A DNA stretch of 64,000 nucleotides, counting the filler, from Caldilineae bacterium (lineage in GTDB: Bacteria > Chloroflexota > Anaerolineae > DTLA01): the NCBI GenBank assembly GCA_037446815.1. It is 6 parts of 6 records of this genome, joined end to end, with 100 filler letters (N's around TTAATTAATTAA, not from the genome) between each part and the next. Parts side by side here need not be neighbours in the genome. Positions count along the whole stretch, not along the records: positions 1 to 11,741 come from JBBIHX010000085.1; 5 more parts are not named here. The stretch is one strand, 5' to 3'. How positions within the stretch are numbered: position 1 is the stretch's first letter; every line of letters begins with the position of its first letter. A program made the position numbers and the translations under genes. The notes under the pieces were generated by a model. The model was not told the DNA's origin and did not search any database. It saw only the letters and a list, made by a program, of their open reading frames with translations. This document shows positions 1 to 9,943 of this stretch, one piece after another.

Positions 1-56
1 CAACAATAACGCTCATTGATTCACTCGCAAGTGATTCTCCGGCCAATTGAAGTGCC

Positions 57-116
57 GCCCAACGCCCAGCATCAGCGGCGGCGCGCAGCGCCGTCCGCTG
101 CATGCTGTTGTTCGGC
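57..116 (-). mobile_element. Integron attC recombination site
   Basis: Minus strand reads GCCGAAC-aaca-GCATGCAGC-ggacggcgctgcgcgccgcc-GCTGATGC-tgggc-GTTGGGC. This gives R'' (..AAC), an L''/L' pair with one extrahelical base, a central hairpin and R' = GTTRRRY. It is 60 bp long and lies just downstream of a small ORF. Confidence 0.85.
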
Positions 117-148
117 GTTCTTTTTTGTATCGATGCAGATGATCCTGT

Positions 149-454
149 TCAGCGCCCAGGCTCAAGATGCTGAAATACAACAACGACCAACGCGGCAACG
201 GCTGTAAAGACTACAAGCCCGACCAACTTTCCCCAACCTTTGAGCCCACTCAGGATCAAGATATAAGCAACTATGAAGATTGGGAGTGTCATCTTTCCGC
301 CAGCGAGGTAGTGGGCTGCCAAGCCCGCAACTGCTCCACCGAATGCTCCTGCGCCCACCGCTTCGCCCAGGGAACTCGGCTTCTGCTCTGCTGGCTTCTC
401 TTCCGTAGGTTGGTCGGCTTGCGAAGTACCATTCTGTTTCGCTTCTTCACTCAT
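149..454 (-). CDS. Integron cassette-encoded small membrane protein, unknown function
   Basis: 101-aa ORF with an AAGGAG RBS, about three hydrophobic segments and lower GC than the core genes. It lies between a GTTCGGC core site and the attC. Confidence 0.75.
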   Translation of the reverse strand: MSEEAKQNGTSQADQPTEEKPAEQKPSSLGEAVGAGAFGGAVAGLAAHYLAGGKMTLPIFIVAYILILSGLKGWGKLVGLVVFTAVAALVVVVFQHLEPGR

Positions 455-483
455 GACTGGTCTCCTTTCTCGGCATCAAATTG

Positions 484-576
484 ACGCCGAACTATGCATT
501 ATACTGCACTCTGTTATCCAGCGATTTCGCCGCAGAACATACCCGCACGGCCTCGTTCTACGGCAATTTCGCCGCA
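484..576 (-). mobile_element. attI-like site / first-cassette recombination point
   Basis: Minus-strand G|TTCGGCGT at 492-484 is the exact complement of the cassette's R'' ACGCCGAAC (118-110). No attC hairpin upstream. TATAAT at 503-498 and an 11-bp direct repeat ATTTCGCCGCA at 524-534 and 566-576. Confidence 0.55.
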
Positions 577-767
577 AGAGCGGACAGCACGCGGCCCCAT
601 ACGGGCCTGTCGTCCTCCGCCGGCCAACGCGGGACACGCCAACGCTCCGCCGCGAATCCGCCGGCGTTGCCTTGCGAGGTCTGTCGTACGTGGGGGCCCC
701 TCATCCCGACCGCCTCCCGCATCGGGAACCGAGCCCGTGCTGTAGTTGAATTCAGCCCGCGTGCGCG

Positions 768-1868
768 TTACCGCAGGTAGTCCCGCAGTTTGCTGCTGCG
801 GCGGGGATGGCGCAGCCGCGTCAGCGCCTGGGCCTCTATCTGCCGAATGCGCTCGCGGGTCAGGCCGAACTTGCGCCCCACCTCTTCCAGCGTGTGCGTC
901 TGCCCGTCCACCAGGCCGAAGCGCATCTGCAGAATCCGCACCTCCCGCTGGCTGAGCGCGCACATGAGTTCCTCCAACTGCTCACGCAGCAGCGAACGGG
1001 AAGCCGCCGTGCTGGGGCTGACGGAGGTCTCGTCCTTGATGAATTCGCCGAGTTCGCTATCGCCGTCCTCCCCGACCGGGGCCTCCAGCGACAGGATCCG
1101 CGTGGCCGCCTTCATGATGCGCCGCACCTTGTCCTCGGGCAGGTGGAGCCGCTCGGCCAGTTCCGCATGGGTCGGCTCGCGCCCCAATTCCTGCGCCATG
1201 TCCTGGGACATGCGGGCCACGCGCGCGATCTGGTCGTGCATGTGGATGGGGACGCGGATGGTGCGGCTCTGATCGGCGACGGCGCGGGCAACCGCCTGGC
1301 GAATCCACCAGGTCGCGTAGGTGCTGAACTTGTAGCCGCGGCGGTAGTCAAACTTCTTGACGGCGCGAATGAGGCCGATGTTGCCCTCCTGAATCAGATC
1401 CAGGAACGGGACGCCCCTGCCGATGTACTTCTTGGCGATGCTGACGACGAGGCGCGAGTTGGCGCGGATGAGGTGATCGCGCGCGTCCTCCCCTTCGCGC
1501 ACCCATGCTTCCAGCCGCTCGCGGCGGGCGGGCGACAGGTTCGGCTGCTCCAGCATCCGCCGGGCCTTCTGCCCGCGCTCCATGCGCTTGGCCAGGGCGA
1601 CTTCATCTTCCGCCGTCAGCAGGGGCACCCGGCCGATCTCCCGTAGGTACAGGTTGACGGGGTCGCTCGTGTCCAGGGGCGCGTCGTCAATCTCCAAGTC
1701 CAGCACGTCCTGAGCGCTCAGGCTCACAACGTCGTCTTCGGCCACATCATCGTCGGGCCAGGGGGTTTCATCGTCAAGGGGACAGAGGGAGAGATCTTCC
1801 TCTTCGGATTCGGTGAATGCAGCAACCTCATCGTCCGTCTCGCCGAATGGTAGGCGGTTAAGGTTCAA
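768..1868 (-). CDS. RNA polymerase sigma-70 factor (RpoD/SigA-like paralogue)
   Basis: Region 1.2 [11 protein letters not shown], region 2 [22 protein letters not shown], region 4 [15 protein letters not shown]. Short acidic N-terminus with no evident region 1.1. Confidence 0.93.
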   Translation of the reverse strand: MNLNRLPFGETDDEVAAFTESEEEDLSLCPLDDETPWPDDDVAEDDVVSLSAQDVLDLEIDDAPLDTSDPVNLYLREIGRVPLLTAEDEVALAKRMERGQKARRMLEQPNLSPARRERLEAWVREGEDARDHLIRANSRLVVSIAKKYIGRGVPFLDLIQEGNIGLIRAVKKFDYRRGYKFSTYATWWIRQAVARAVADQSRTIRVPIHMHDQIARVARMSQDMAQELGREPTHAELAERLHLPEDKVRRIMKAATRILSLEAPVGEDGDSELGEFIKDETSVSPSTAASRSLLREQLEELMCALSQREVRILQMRFGLVDGQTHTLEEVGRKFGLTRERIRQIEAQALTRLRHPRRSSKLRDYLR

Positions 1869-2163
1869 GTTGCCTCCTCACTCTCGTAATCCACATATAA
1901 AACGTGCGAATGTGCACCTCGGTTCCGATGCTACCCTAAAGGACTGCCGCGAGTGCCTTCAAACCCTTCCCATTATTATACCACAGTTTTCAGAAAATGG
2001 CACAACGAATTTTCGCGAAGTCTAGGTTTCGTCTTGTGTTGGTCTGTCCCTCGCGCCGCCTCTCCGCGCGGGGCTAAACCCCCGCGCTGCAACTCCCTCT
2101 AACCGTATTCGTCCAGATTCGCGTCATTCGTGGATGACCCCGGCCGGACGGGGCCAAGCCCCG

Positions 2164-2775
2164 TTACGGCGCGGGCGTTGGGGTCGCCGACGGAACGGGC
2201 GACGCCGACGGCGTGGGCGTTACGGTAGGCGTCGGCGTGGGTGTCGGCTTGCGCGGCGGCTCCGCCACCATCGCATCCAGCGCGCTCACCGCCCACGAAT
2301 ACACCAGATGCACCTCCGGTGCGTCGTCGGCCCGCGCGTACCGGTAACTGCCCGTCGGGTTCTCGTCGCCCAGCGCCAGTGTGTGGCGCGCACCGTCCGC
2401 CAGCGTCAGCGTTACCGTCATCGCCGGCGTCGCAAGCCCGTAGTCCGCCAGGTTCACCGTCCCGCTGATGCTCCGGGTGGACTTGAGCGCGCTCAAATCC
2501 CGAAGGGCGCCAGAAACCCTGCTCTCGTCGGCCTCGTACACAATCGGCTGGCGTATCCACCAGGTCTGATCCTCCGCGCGCTCCAGCACCAGCGTCTGCC
2601 CGTCCTTCTTGACCGCCTCCAGGCGAGCAATCTGCTCCTGGGGAATCTCCCACAGGGGCACGGCCTGGGTCTGCTCCTCCGAGGGCTGCTTGGACTTGGG
2701 CAGTTCCACAAGGAACACGTAGGCGGCGAGCGCCACGAGAATAGCAAACAGGATGAGCGTGTTGCGCGGTTTCAC
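2164..2775 (-). CDS. DUF4340-like exported protein of a Gld-type ABC system
   Basis: N-terminal TM, YGL..P and LGD.NP.G..RY motifs, Pro/Thr tail; last gene of the ABC operon. Confidence 0.75.
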   Translation of the reverse strand: MKPRNTLILFAILVALAAYVFLVELPKSKQPSEEQTQAVPLWEIPQEQIARLEAVKKDGQTLVLERAEDQTWWIRQPIVYEADESRVSGALRDLSALKSTRSISGTVNLADYGLATPAMTVTLTLADGARHTLALGDENPTGSYRYARADDAPEVHLVYSWAVSALDAMVAEPPRKPTPTPTPTVTPTPSASPVPSATPTPAP

Positions 2776-2796
2776 TTCACCCCTCCCGAACCGACG

Positions 2797-4320
2797 CTAT
2801 CGCCGTCGCCACCAGACCACCAGGCCAATGACCAGCACCATCGCCGGAAGGACAAGGGCGCTGGTGTACAGGATGAGCCGCATCTGCGCCGGCGTCAGGA
2901 ACACGGTGCGGACGTCGGGCGACTTGGGGCCGATGGCGATGAGCGATTCCTCCTCGGCCAGCCAGTTCACCGCGTTGATGAACAGGTCGGCGTTGCCGAA
3001 GGCGCCGCGCACCGAATTCAGGACGCTGTTCGCCGCGAAGTCCGAGTCGCCCACCAGCACCAGGCGCGTATCGCCCTTCTGCACCTGCGCCGCGAGGGTC
3101 AGCGGGCCCGGCGTGTCATCGGCGTCCTGCTGCACCTGGCGCTGGGCCAGGTTCGTCTCGCCCCAACTACGGTCGCTCGTCGTGATCAGGTCAACGATGG
3201 TTACGCCTTCTGGCGCAGTGCCCAGGCGCTCTATGGAGCGCGCGTAGGGGAAGAAACTGGTCAGCCCGGTCATGTCCTTCGTAATCATGCTGTACGGATA
3301 GCGGGCGGTCAGCGGCGTAAGTGGATCACCGAAGAAACTGCTGTACAGGTCCACCACGAGGTCGTTGCGGAAGCGGACGCCATACGGCTCCAGCACCCCG
3401 TTGAGGTCCGCGCCCACGGCGGGATCCAGCAGCACCATGAGTTTGCCGCCGCCATCCAGATACGTGGACAGCGTCTTGCGCTCGCCCTCGGCGTAGGCGG
3501 CCTGCGGGCCCGCGATGACAAGCGCCGCCGCATCCGAGGGAATCGTGCTGGTCATCGCCAGGTTGAGCGTGCCAACCTTGTAGTTGTTCTTCTCCAACAG
3601 GGACTTGATGGCGCTGAACCCGTCATCGTTGTAGCCTTCGGGGTCGCGCTCCTTGTGGCCGGTGATGAAGTAGACGCCCTTCTGCTCGTCCCGCGAGACC
3701 TTGAGGATGGCGCTGGTGATGCTCTGCTCGTCGGTGCCGAAGGTGTCCTGCCGCCGCGCGCCCCGCTCAAAGACGATGGTGCCGTAACTGGTGATGCCGT
3801 ATTGCCGCGCGACCGCCGGCTTCTGGTCGGGATCCACAATCTCCAGCGACAGTTTGTCCGTATGGTACATGTACTCCGCAAACAGGTCCTTGAAGGTCGC
3901 CTGGCTGCTATCGGCGGGCGAGAAGAACGCGGTAACCTTGATGGGTTCCTTCAGGTCCTTGAGAATCTGAATCGTCTGGCCCGACAGCGAATACTGCTTC
4001 GCGCTGGTGAGGTCCCACCGCGCGTGGTGGCGGTTCGCCAGGAAGTTGACCAGCGCCAGGATGGCCAGCACGATGAGGCTCATGGCCAGGGCGTTGGAGC
4101 CGTAGCGCGCCTGCCTGCCGGTCAGCGCCCGGCGGACTTCCGCAGGCCGGCCCAGCGCCGCCGCCAGAAGCAATACCGCGCCCAGCGCGAGGCCAACCGT
4201 TGGAATCCAGCGATACTTGGCCGCGAAGAGGCCCGCCACCAGGCCCGCGGCCATGACAGCAAGGCCCGCGTAGGCGAGGGTGCCGCTCCAACGAGACAGT
4301 CGCTCGCGAATCATCGCCAC
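2797..4320 (-). CDS. GldG-like ABC auxiliary component
   Basis: WDLT..KQYSLS..T, VYF.TGHKE and LVLVGDSDF motifs; C-terminal TM ending WWRRR. Confidence 0.85.
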   Translation of the reverse strand: MAMIRERLSRWSGTLAYAGLAVMAAGLVAGLFAAKYRWIPTVGLALGAVLLLAAALGRPAEVRRALTGRQARYGSNALAMSLIVLAILALVNFLANRHHARWDLTSAKQYSLSGQTIQILKDLKEPIKVTAFFSPADSSQATFKDLFAEYMYHTDKLSLEIVDPDQKPAVARQYGITSYGTIVFERGARRQDTFGTDEQSITSAILKVSRDEQKGVYFITGHKERDPEGYNDDGFSAIKSLLEKNNYKVGTLNLAMTSTIPSDAAALVIAGPQAAYAEGERKTLSTYLDGGGKLMVLLDPAVGADLNGVLEPYGVRFRNDLVVDLYSSFFGDPLTPLTARYPYSMITKDMTGLTSFFPYARSIERLGTAPEGVTIVDLITTSDRSWGETNLAQRQVQQDADDTPGPLTLAAQVQKGDTRLVLVGDSDFAANSVLNSVRGAFGNADLFINAVNWLAEEESLIAIGPKSPDVRTVFLTPAQMRLILYTSALVLPAMVLVIGLVVWWRRR

Positions 4321-5021
4321 CTCCTCGTTTCCAGGACGCGCGTTGCAAGGAACAGCGATGCCGCTATCACGCTGAGATAGTAGATCACGTCCCTGGTATC
4401 AATGACGCCTTTGAAGAAGTCGTAGAAATGCTCGGACAGGGCCAAATACTGGAACACGCCGGACAGCGGAGGCCCGGTTACATCGCCCAGGGCGCTCGCC
4501 AGCCACAGCAGGACGATGAGCACCACGCCCAGCACCGCCGCCACAATCTGGTTCTGCGTCAGCGACGAGGTCAGCACGCCGAGGCTGAGCAGCGCCCCGC
4601 CCAGCAAGAGCATCCCCACGTAGCCCGCGATGACCGGCCCCGCGTCGGGGTTGCCGACGATGGTGAGCATCAGCGGGAAATACAGGCTCACGCCCAGCAT
4701 GCACGCGTACAGGGTTAGGGAGCCCAAGAACTTGCCCAGCACCACTTCCCAGTCCTTCACCGGCGAAGTCAGCAGCAACTCAATGGTGCCCATGCGTTGT
4801 TCCTCGGCCAGCAGGCGCATGGTGAGCACGGGCGCGACGAAAAGCAGCACCGTGCTCATGTTCCCCAGGGTGTACCGCATCGTGGCCTCGCGTGAGTAGT
4901 ACAGGATCATGGCGAAGAAGTAGCCCATGATCGCCAAGAATGCGGCGGCCACCACGTAGGCAATAGGCGACACGAAGTAGGCCTGAATCTCCCTGCGTGC
5001 GATGGTCAATGTGTTTCTCAT
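4311..5021 (-). CDS. ABC-2 type permease (GldF-like)
   Basis: Starts MRNTLTIARREIQAYFVSPIAY; MRLLAEEQRMGTIELLLT motif; about 6 TMs. Confidence 0.88.
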   Translation of the reverse strand: MRNTLTIARREIQAYFVSPIAYVVAAAFLAIMGYFFAMILYYSREATMRYTLGNMSTVLLFVAPVLTMRLLAEEQRMGTIELLLTSPVKDWEVVLGKFLGSLTLYACMLGVSLYFPLMLTIVGNPDAGPVIAGYVGMLLLGGALLSLGVLTSSLTQNQIVAAVLGVVLIVLLWLASALGDVTGPPLSGVFQYLALSEHFYDFFKGVIDTRDVIYYLSVIAASLFLATRVLETRRWR

Positions 5022-5032
5022 GAGAACCTCCG

Positions 5033-5947
5033 CTACTCTGTCGTGAGTTTGAGGAAGATCTCTTCCAGGCTCATGCCCACCGGTCGGAGTTCCAACAGGC
5101 TCCACCCCCGGTTGACGATCTCGCGGGCGATCTCCGGGCGCTTGTCGGTGCCCAGGGCGCATTCCACCTCATACGCGCCGTTCCCCCTGTCGTCCACGGC
5201 GAGGATGCCGTCCAACGATTGGAGCACGCGCAGCGCGGAATCGCCGTCGGCTCCCGCCACCTGGACGAAGATGCGCTCGGCGCCCTTGAGGCGGGCCATG
5301 AGCCGTTCGGGCGTGCCCTCGGCCACAATCTCGCCCTCGTTGATGATGAGCACGCGGCTGCACGTCTGGCTCACCTCGGGCAGGATGTGGGTGCTCAGAA
5401 TCACCGTGTGATCCTGCGCCAGGCCGCGGATCAACTCGCGCACCTCAATAATCTGGCGCGGGTCCAGGCCGATGGTGGGCTCGTCCAGGATGAGGACATC
5501 CGGGTCGTGGAGCAGGGCCTGGGCCAACCCAAGCCGCTGGCGGTATCCCTTGGACAATTTGCCGATCATCACGTCGGCGTGGTCGGCGATGCGAACCTTC
5601 TCCATGGCCTCGTCTATGCGGCGCTCGCGCTTGGCCACGCCCCGCAGGCGAGCCATGAAGTCCAGGTAGCCCCAGACCGTCATCTCCGGATACAGGGGCA
5701 CGGTCTCCGGCAGGTAGCCAAGCCGCTTGCGAACCTCCAAGGAGTTGGTGGTAACGTCAAATCCCGCGACGTTCACCGTGCCGGATGTGGGCGGCAGATA
5801 GCCCGTGAGGATGCGCATGGTGGTGGTTTTGCCCGCGCCGTTGGGGCCGAGAAAGCCCAGAATCTCGCCCTTCGCAACGTCAAAACTGACGTTCTTCAGC
5901 GCCTGGAAATCCCCATAGTGCTTGGTGAGGTTGCTTACGTGAATCAT
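5033..5947 (-). CDS. ABC transporter ATP-binding protein (GldA-like)
   Basis: Walker A GPNGAGKTT, signature LSKGYRQR, Walker B ILDEPT. Confidence 0.93.
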   Translation of the reverse strand: MIHVSNLTKHYGDFQALKNVSFDVAKGEILGFLGPNGAGKTTTMRILTGYLPPTSGTVNVAGFDVTTNSLEVRKRLGYLPETVPLYPEMTVWGYLDFMARLRGVAKRERRIDEAMEKVRIADHADVMIGKLSKGYRQRLGLAQALLHDPDVLILDEPTIGLDPRQIIEVRELIRGLAQDHTVILSTHILPEVSQTCSRVLIINEGEIVAEGTPERLMARLKGAERIFVQVAGADGDSALRVLQSLDGILAVDDRGNGAYEVECALGTDKRPEIAREIVNRGWSLLELRPVGMSLEEIFLKLTTE

Positions 5948-6430
5948 CCTCCTCGCTCCTATGTCGGATTTTGCAGCCCATAACTATAAAGCGGAAAGAT
6001 TAATCCCACATTAGAATTCGCGGAGAGCCGCGTGAGAAAGCGTGTGCGGAAGGGGCAGTTCCCCCTATCCACAAATCACACGAATCGGCACGAACAGGGT
6101 TCGGTTATATCCACGGATAGCACGGATGGAGCACAGTAGAGCAAAATTGCCAATTTGCTCTACAAGATACTACGCCGTGCAGGACGACGGTCGCGAGCGA
6201 AAGGCTTGTCGGGGCCGACCGGCCGGTCGCCCGTGCACAGGTGCCCGCGGGCGCCTCGCCGCGCAGAACAACAGGGCCGGTAACCGCGAATGAACGCGAA
6301 TCCGCGCGAATAGGAACGCGAGCCTCTTCGCTCTCCGCCGCTGCGTCTCTCCACGTTCTTGGCGGCACACTCCACCCACGTCCCTTGACGCGAACGCGCC
6401 TTCTGGCTACAATGCGGGCGAGGTGAGGGA

Positions 6431-7225
6431 ATGGGCATCATCACGCTGACGACGGATTTCGGGCTGGGAGACAGTTACGTGGCAGAGATGAAAGGCGTCA
6501 TCCTTTCCATCTGCCCCAATGCCACGCTGGTGGACATCACCCACACCGTGCGGCCGCAGAACATCTGCCAGGCGGCGTTCGTTCTGGCAGCGGCGAGCCG
6601 CGCGTTCCCGCCCGGGACGGTGCACCTGGCGGTGGTGGACCCGGGCGTGGGCACCGAGCGGCGCCCCATCGCCGTCCAGACCGAGCATGGCTTCTTCGTC
6701 GCTCCGGACAACGGGCTGCTGTCCTTCGTGCTGGCGGATGCGGTAAATCGCCGCGCGGTGGTCCTGTCCAACCAAGCCTATTACCGCCAGCCGGTGAGCG
6801 ACACGTTCCATGGGCGCGACATCTTCGCGCCGGCCGCGGCCTACATCCACAACGGCGTGCCCCTGAAAGCCTTCGGCCCCGAAGCGCGCGATCTGCAGGT
6901 CTTCCCTGTGCCGCGCCCGCGCTGGATCCGCGAAAACTTGCTGGACGGCGAGGTCATCCACGTGGACGGGTTCGGCAACCTCGTAACCAACATTCGCCGG
7001 CAGGACGCAGATTGGAGCCGATTCGCTTACGCCCAGGTGGGCCGCCACAAAATCCGCAGACTGTGCCGCGTTTACGCGGAGGCTGCGCCCGAGGAACTCC
7101 TCGCGTTATTCGGCAATTCGGGCTACCTGGAACTGGCCGTGCGCGATGGATGCGCCGCCTGCCGCCTTCGGGTAGACCCGGGCGCCCCCGTTCAGGTCGC
7201 CTTCAAGGAACCCGGGCGGGACTAG
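6431..7225 (+). CDS. SAM hydroxide adenosyltransferase / chlorinase-fluorinase family (DUF62)
   Basis: IITLTTDFG, VVDPGVGTERR, TFHGRDIFAP and VDGFGNLVTNI motifs. Confidence 0.9.
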   Translation: MGIITLTTDFGLGDSYVAEMKGVILSICPNATLVDITHTVRPQNICQAAFVLAAASRAFPPGTVHLAVVDPGVGTERRPIAVQTEHGFFVAPDNGLLSFVLADAVNRRAVVLSNQAYYRQPVSDTFHGRDIFAPAAAYIHNGVPLKAFGPEARDLQVFPVPRPRWIRENLLDGEVIHVDGFGNLVTNIRRQDADWSRFAYAQVGRHKIRRLCRVYAEAAPEELLALFGNSGYLELAVRDGCAACRLRVDPGAPVQVAFKEPGRD

Positions 7226-7319
7226 CGGCGTCTTGCGTATAGGGTAGCACCCCGTGGAGCATCGGGGCAGTCGCCGTGGCCCTTCTGCCCACACCGAGTA
7301 TGAACATAAGGAGCGCAAC

Positions 7320-8597
7320 GTGGCGAAATTCATCATAGACGGGGGCAGTCGCCTCCACGGCAAGGTAACGCCCAGCGGCAACAAGAATGCCGCGCTGCCC
7401 ATCATGGCGGCGTGCCTGCTCACCGACGAGCCGCTCATCCTGCACAACGTGCCTCGCATCCGCGACGTGGAGACCATGCTGCAACTTCTCATTGCCTCGG
7501 GCGTGGACGCCGAATGGACCGGCGAGCACGACCTGCGCCTACAGGCGCGCAACGTGCGGTCGGCGCGCCTGGACCCCATCCTATGCAAGGAGATTCGGGC
7601 GTCCATCCTGTTGGCCGGGCCCATGCTGGCGCGGCTGGGCAAAGTGGAACTGCCGCCGCCCGGGGGCGATGTCATCGGCCGCAGGCGCGTAGACACGCAT
7701 TTCATCGGCCTGGGTTCCCTGGGGGCGGAGTTCGCCATCGGGCAAACGTTCCGACTCTCCACATCGGGCCTGCGCGGGGCCGACATCTTCCTGGACGAGG
7801 CGAGCGTTACCGGCACGGAGAATGTCCTCATGGCCGCCAGCCTGGCCAAAGGCACCACCATCGTCCGCAACGCGGCCTCCGAGCCGCATGTGCAGGACCT
7901 GGCCCGCTGCCTGAACCAGATGGGCGCGCAGATTCAGGGCATCGGCACCAACACGCTCTATATCCAGGGCGTGGACCATCTGCACGGAACTGAATTCACC
8001 ATCGGGTCCAGCCATGTGGAGGTGGGCAGTTTCATCGGCCTGGCGGCGGCGACCAAGAGCGAACTCACCATCACCGACGCCGTGCCCGACGACCTGCGCA
8101 TGATTCGCCTGATGTTTGAGCGGCTTGGCGTGCGCATGGAGATTCGCGACAACGAGGTGTTCGTGCCGGCGGACCAGCCGCTGGAGATCATGCCTGATTT
8201 GGGTGGGGCGATCCCCAAGATAGACGATGCGCCATGGCCCGGATTCCCCGCCGACCTCATGAGCATCGCCCTGGTGGTCGCCACGCAGGCCAAAGGCACC
8301 GTCCTGTTCCACGAGAAGATGTTTGAGAGCCGCCTGTACTTCGTGGACAAACTCATCAGCATGGGCGCGCACATCATCCTGTGCGACCCGCACCGCGCCG
8401 TCGTGGTGGGGCCCGCCCAGTTGCACGGGGAGCGGCTGGAAAGCCCGGACATCCGCGCGGGCATGGCGCTGCTCATCGCGGCCCTCTGCGCCGAGGGGCA
8501 GAGCGAGATTCGCAACATCGGCCAGATTGACCGCGGCTACGAGCGCATTGAGGAGAAGTTGCGGGCGCTGGGGGCCAACATCCGCCGCGTGGAGTAG
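7320..8597 (+). CDS. murA: UDP-N-acetylglucosamine 1-carboxyvinyltransferase
   Basis: [36 protein letters not shown] and IDRGYE motifs; GTG start after AAGGAG. Confidence 0.95.
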   Translation: MAKFIIDGGSRLHGKVTPSGNKNAALPIMAACLLTDEPLILHNVPRIRDVETMLQLLIASGVDAEWTGEHDLRLQARNVRSARLDPILCKEIRASILLAGPMLARLGKVELPPPGGDVIGRRRVDTHFIGLGSLGAEFAIGQTFRLSTSGLRGADIFLDEASVTGTENVLMAASLAKGTTIVRNAASEPHVQDLARCLNQMGAQIQGIGTNTLYIQGVDHLHGTEFTIGSSHVEVGSFIGLAAATKSELTITDAVPDDLRMIRLMFERLGVRMEIRDNEVFVPADQPLEIMPDLGGAIPKIDDAPWPGFPADLMSIALVVATQAKGTVLFHEKMFESRLYFVDKLISMGAHIILCDPHRAVVVGPAQLHGERLESPDIRAGMALLIAALCAEGQSEIRNIGQIDRGYERIEEKLRALGANIRRVE

Positions 8598-8602
8598 CGC
8601 GC

Positions 8603-9274
8603 CTACGGCTCCTGGTAGCGGATCACCTTGGCCGGAACGCCGACCACCACGGCGTTGTCGGGCACATCGTCTATGACCACCGCGCCGATGCCGATGACCG
8701 CGTTGTCGCCCACGCGGAGGCGCGCGCCCTGCCCCCACTTGGGCGTCATCACCGACGCGCCCAGCCCCACCAGCACGTTGCGCCCGATGTCAATCCGCGC
8801 GCCGATGGTAACCCCCGCCGAGATGAGGGCATTGTCGCCGATGATGGTATCGTGGCTCACGATGGCCCCCGCGTCCAGGTACACGTTGTTCCCGATGACC
8901 GGATCCACATAGAGCGTAACGCCGGCGCCCACGATGTTCCCCCGCCCCATGCGCACATCTTTGGAGATGTGCGCCGTGGGATGCACCGCGTTGAGGATTT
9001 CAAACCCCGCCTGGGCCAGCGCATCCGAGAGGCGGCCGCGCGCCTTGTTATCGCCGATGGCGCAGATGGCGCCGGTAACCCCATCGGCCAGGAGCGCGGG
9101 GAGTCTGTCGCGCCCGCCGATGACAGGCACGCCGCGCACCTCCTTGCCCCACATGTCCGGGGCGTCGTCCACCATCGCCACAACTTGGACGTCCTCGCGG
9201 TAACTCAAGATGTAGGCCACCATCTTGCCGACGTTCCCGGCGCCGTAGATGACCACGCGCATAGATCGCATCAC
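8603..9274 (-). CDS. PglD/NeuD-family sugar acetyltransferase
   Basis: IYGAG N-domain, AIGDN..R, hexapeptide repeats, VVVGVPAK terminus. Confidence 0.88.
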   Translation of the reverse strand: MMRSMRVVIYGAGNVGKMVAYILSYREDVQVVAMVDDAPDMWGKEVRGVPVIGGRDRLPALLADGVTGAICAIGDNKARGRLSDALAQAGFEILNAVHPTAHISKDVRMGRGNIVGAGVTLYVDPVIGNNVYLDAGAIVSHDTIIGDNALISAGVTIGARIDIGRNVLVGLGASVMTPKWGQGARLRVGDNAVIGIGAVVIDDVPDNAVVVGVPAKVIRYQEP

Positions 9275-9316
9275 CTCGCCGATGGGTTGGTGCCTGGAGT
9301 TGTCGGGCCGGGGGCG

Positions 9317-9943
9317 CTACCCGACCTGCGAAATCTCGTCGGGCGTCCCGTCGTTGTACACGCCCTCGCGCCGAAGGACGACGCCCACCGTCTGCCACAG
9401 GATTTTCAGGTCCAGCCAATAGGACCAGTGATCCACGTACCAGACATCGCGCTCAATGCGCTGGGGCCACGTGAGTTGATTCCTGCCGTTGACCTGGGCG
9501 AGGCCGGTTACGCCCGGCGGCACCAGCAGCCGCCGCCGCTGGAAGGCGTTGTACTTCTCCACCTGGTACGGGAGCGTGGGGCGCGGCCCGACCAGGCTCA
9601 TGTCGCCCGCCAGGATGTTGAAGAACTGCGGCAACTCGTCCAGGCTGTAGGCGCGCAGGAAGCGGCCCACCTTCGTTACGCGAGGGTCGGCGTCGTTGGT
9701 GTGGTAGCCCAGGGGGTGCTCGGTGGCGTTCTGCACCATGGTGCGGAACTTGAAGATGCGGAAGATGCGCCCGTCCTTGCCCACGCGCTCCTGCCGAAAG
9801 AAGACCGGCCCGGGCGAGTCCAACTTGATGGCCACGGCGATAGCGAGGAACACGGGCGCAAGCAGCGCCAGCCCGATGACCGAGACCGCGATGTCCGTCG
9901 CCCGCTTCAGGAACCGTTGAACCGCCTTGCTCATCTTCTGCAA
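9317..9943 (-). CDS. PglC/WcaJ-family sugar-phosphate transferase
   Basis: KRATDI, FFRQER.G, KFRTM, SLDELPQ, GDMSLVGPRP and PGVTGLAQVNGR motifs. Confidence 0.92.
   Translation of the reverse strand: MQKMSKAVQRFLKRATDIAVSVIGLALLAPVFLAIAVAIKLDSPGPVFFRQERVGKDGRIFRIFKFRTMVQNATEHPLGYHTNDADPRVTKVGRFLRAYSLDELPQFFNILAGDMSLVGPRPTLPYQVEKYNAFQRRRLLVPPGVTGLAQVNGRNQLTWPQRIERDVWYVDHWSYWLDLKILWQTVGVVLRREGVYNDGTPDEISQVG

Noticed and set aside
577..767. Integrase remnant between the sigma gene and the attI-like site
   Set aside because: No tyrosine-recombinase motifs or typical IntI C-terminus seen by eye.
2134..4380. Long antisense ORFs (also 17365-19758, 24654-26333, 11794-13656, 44938-46182)
   Set aside because: Shadows of real genes in high-GC DNA, with no recognisable motifs.
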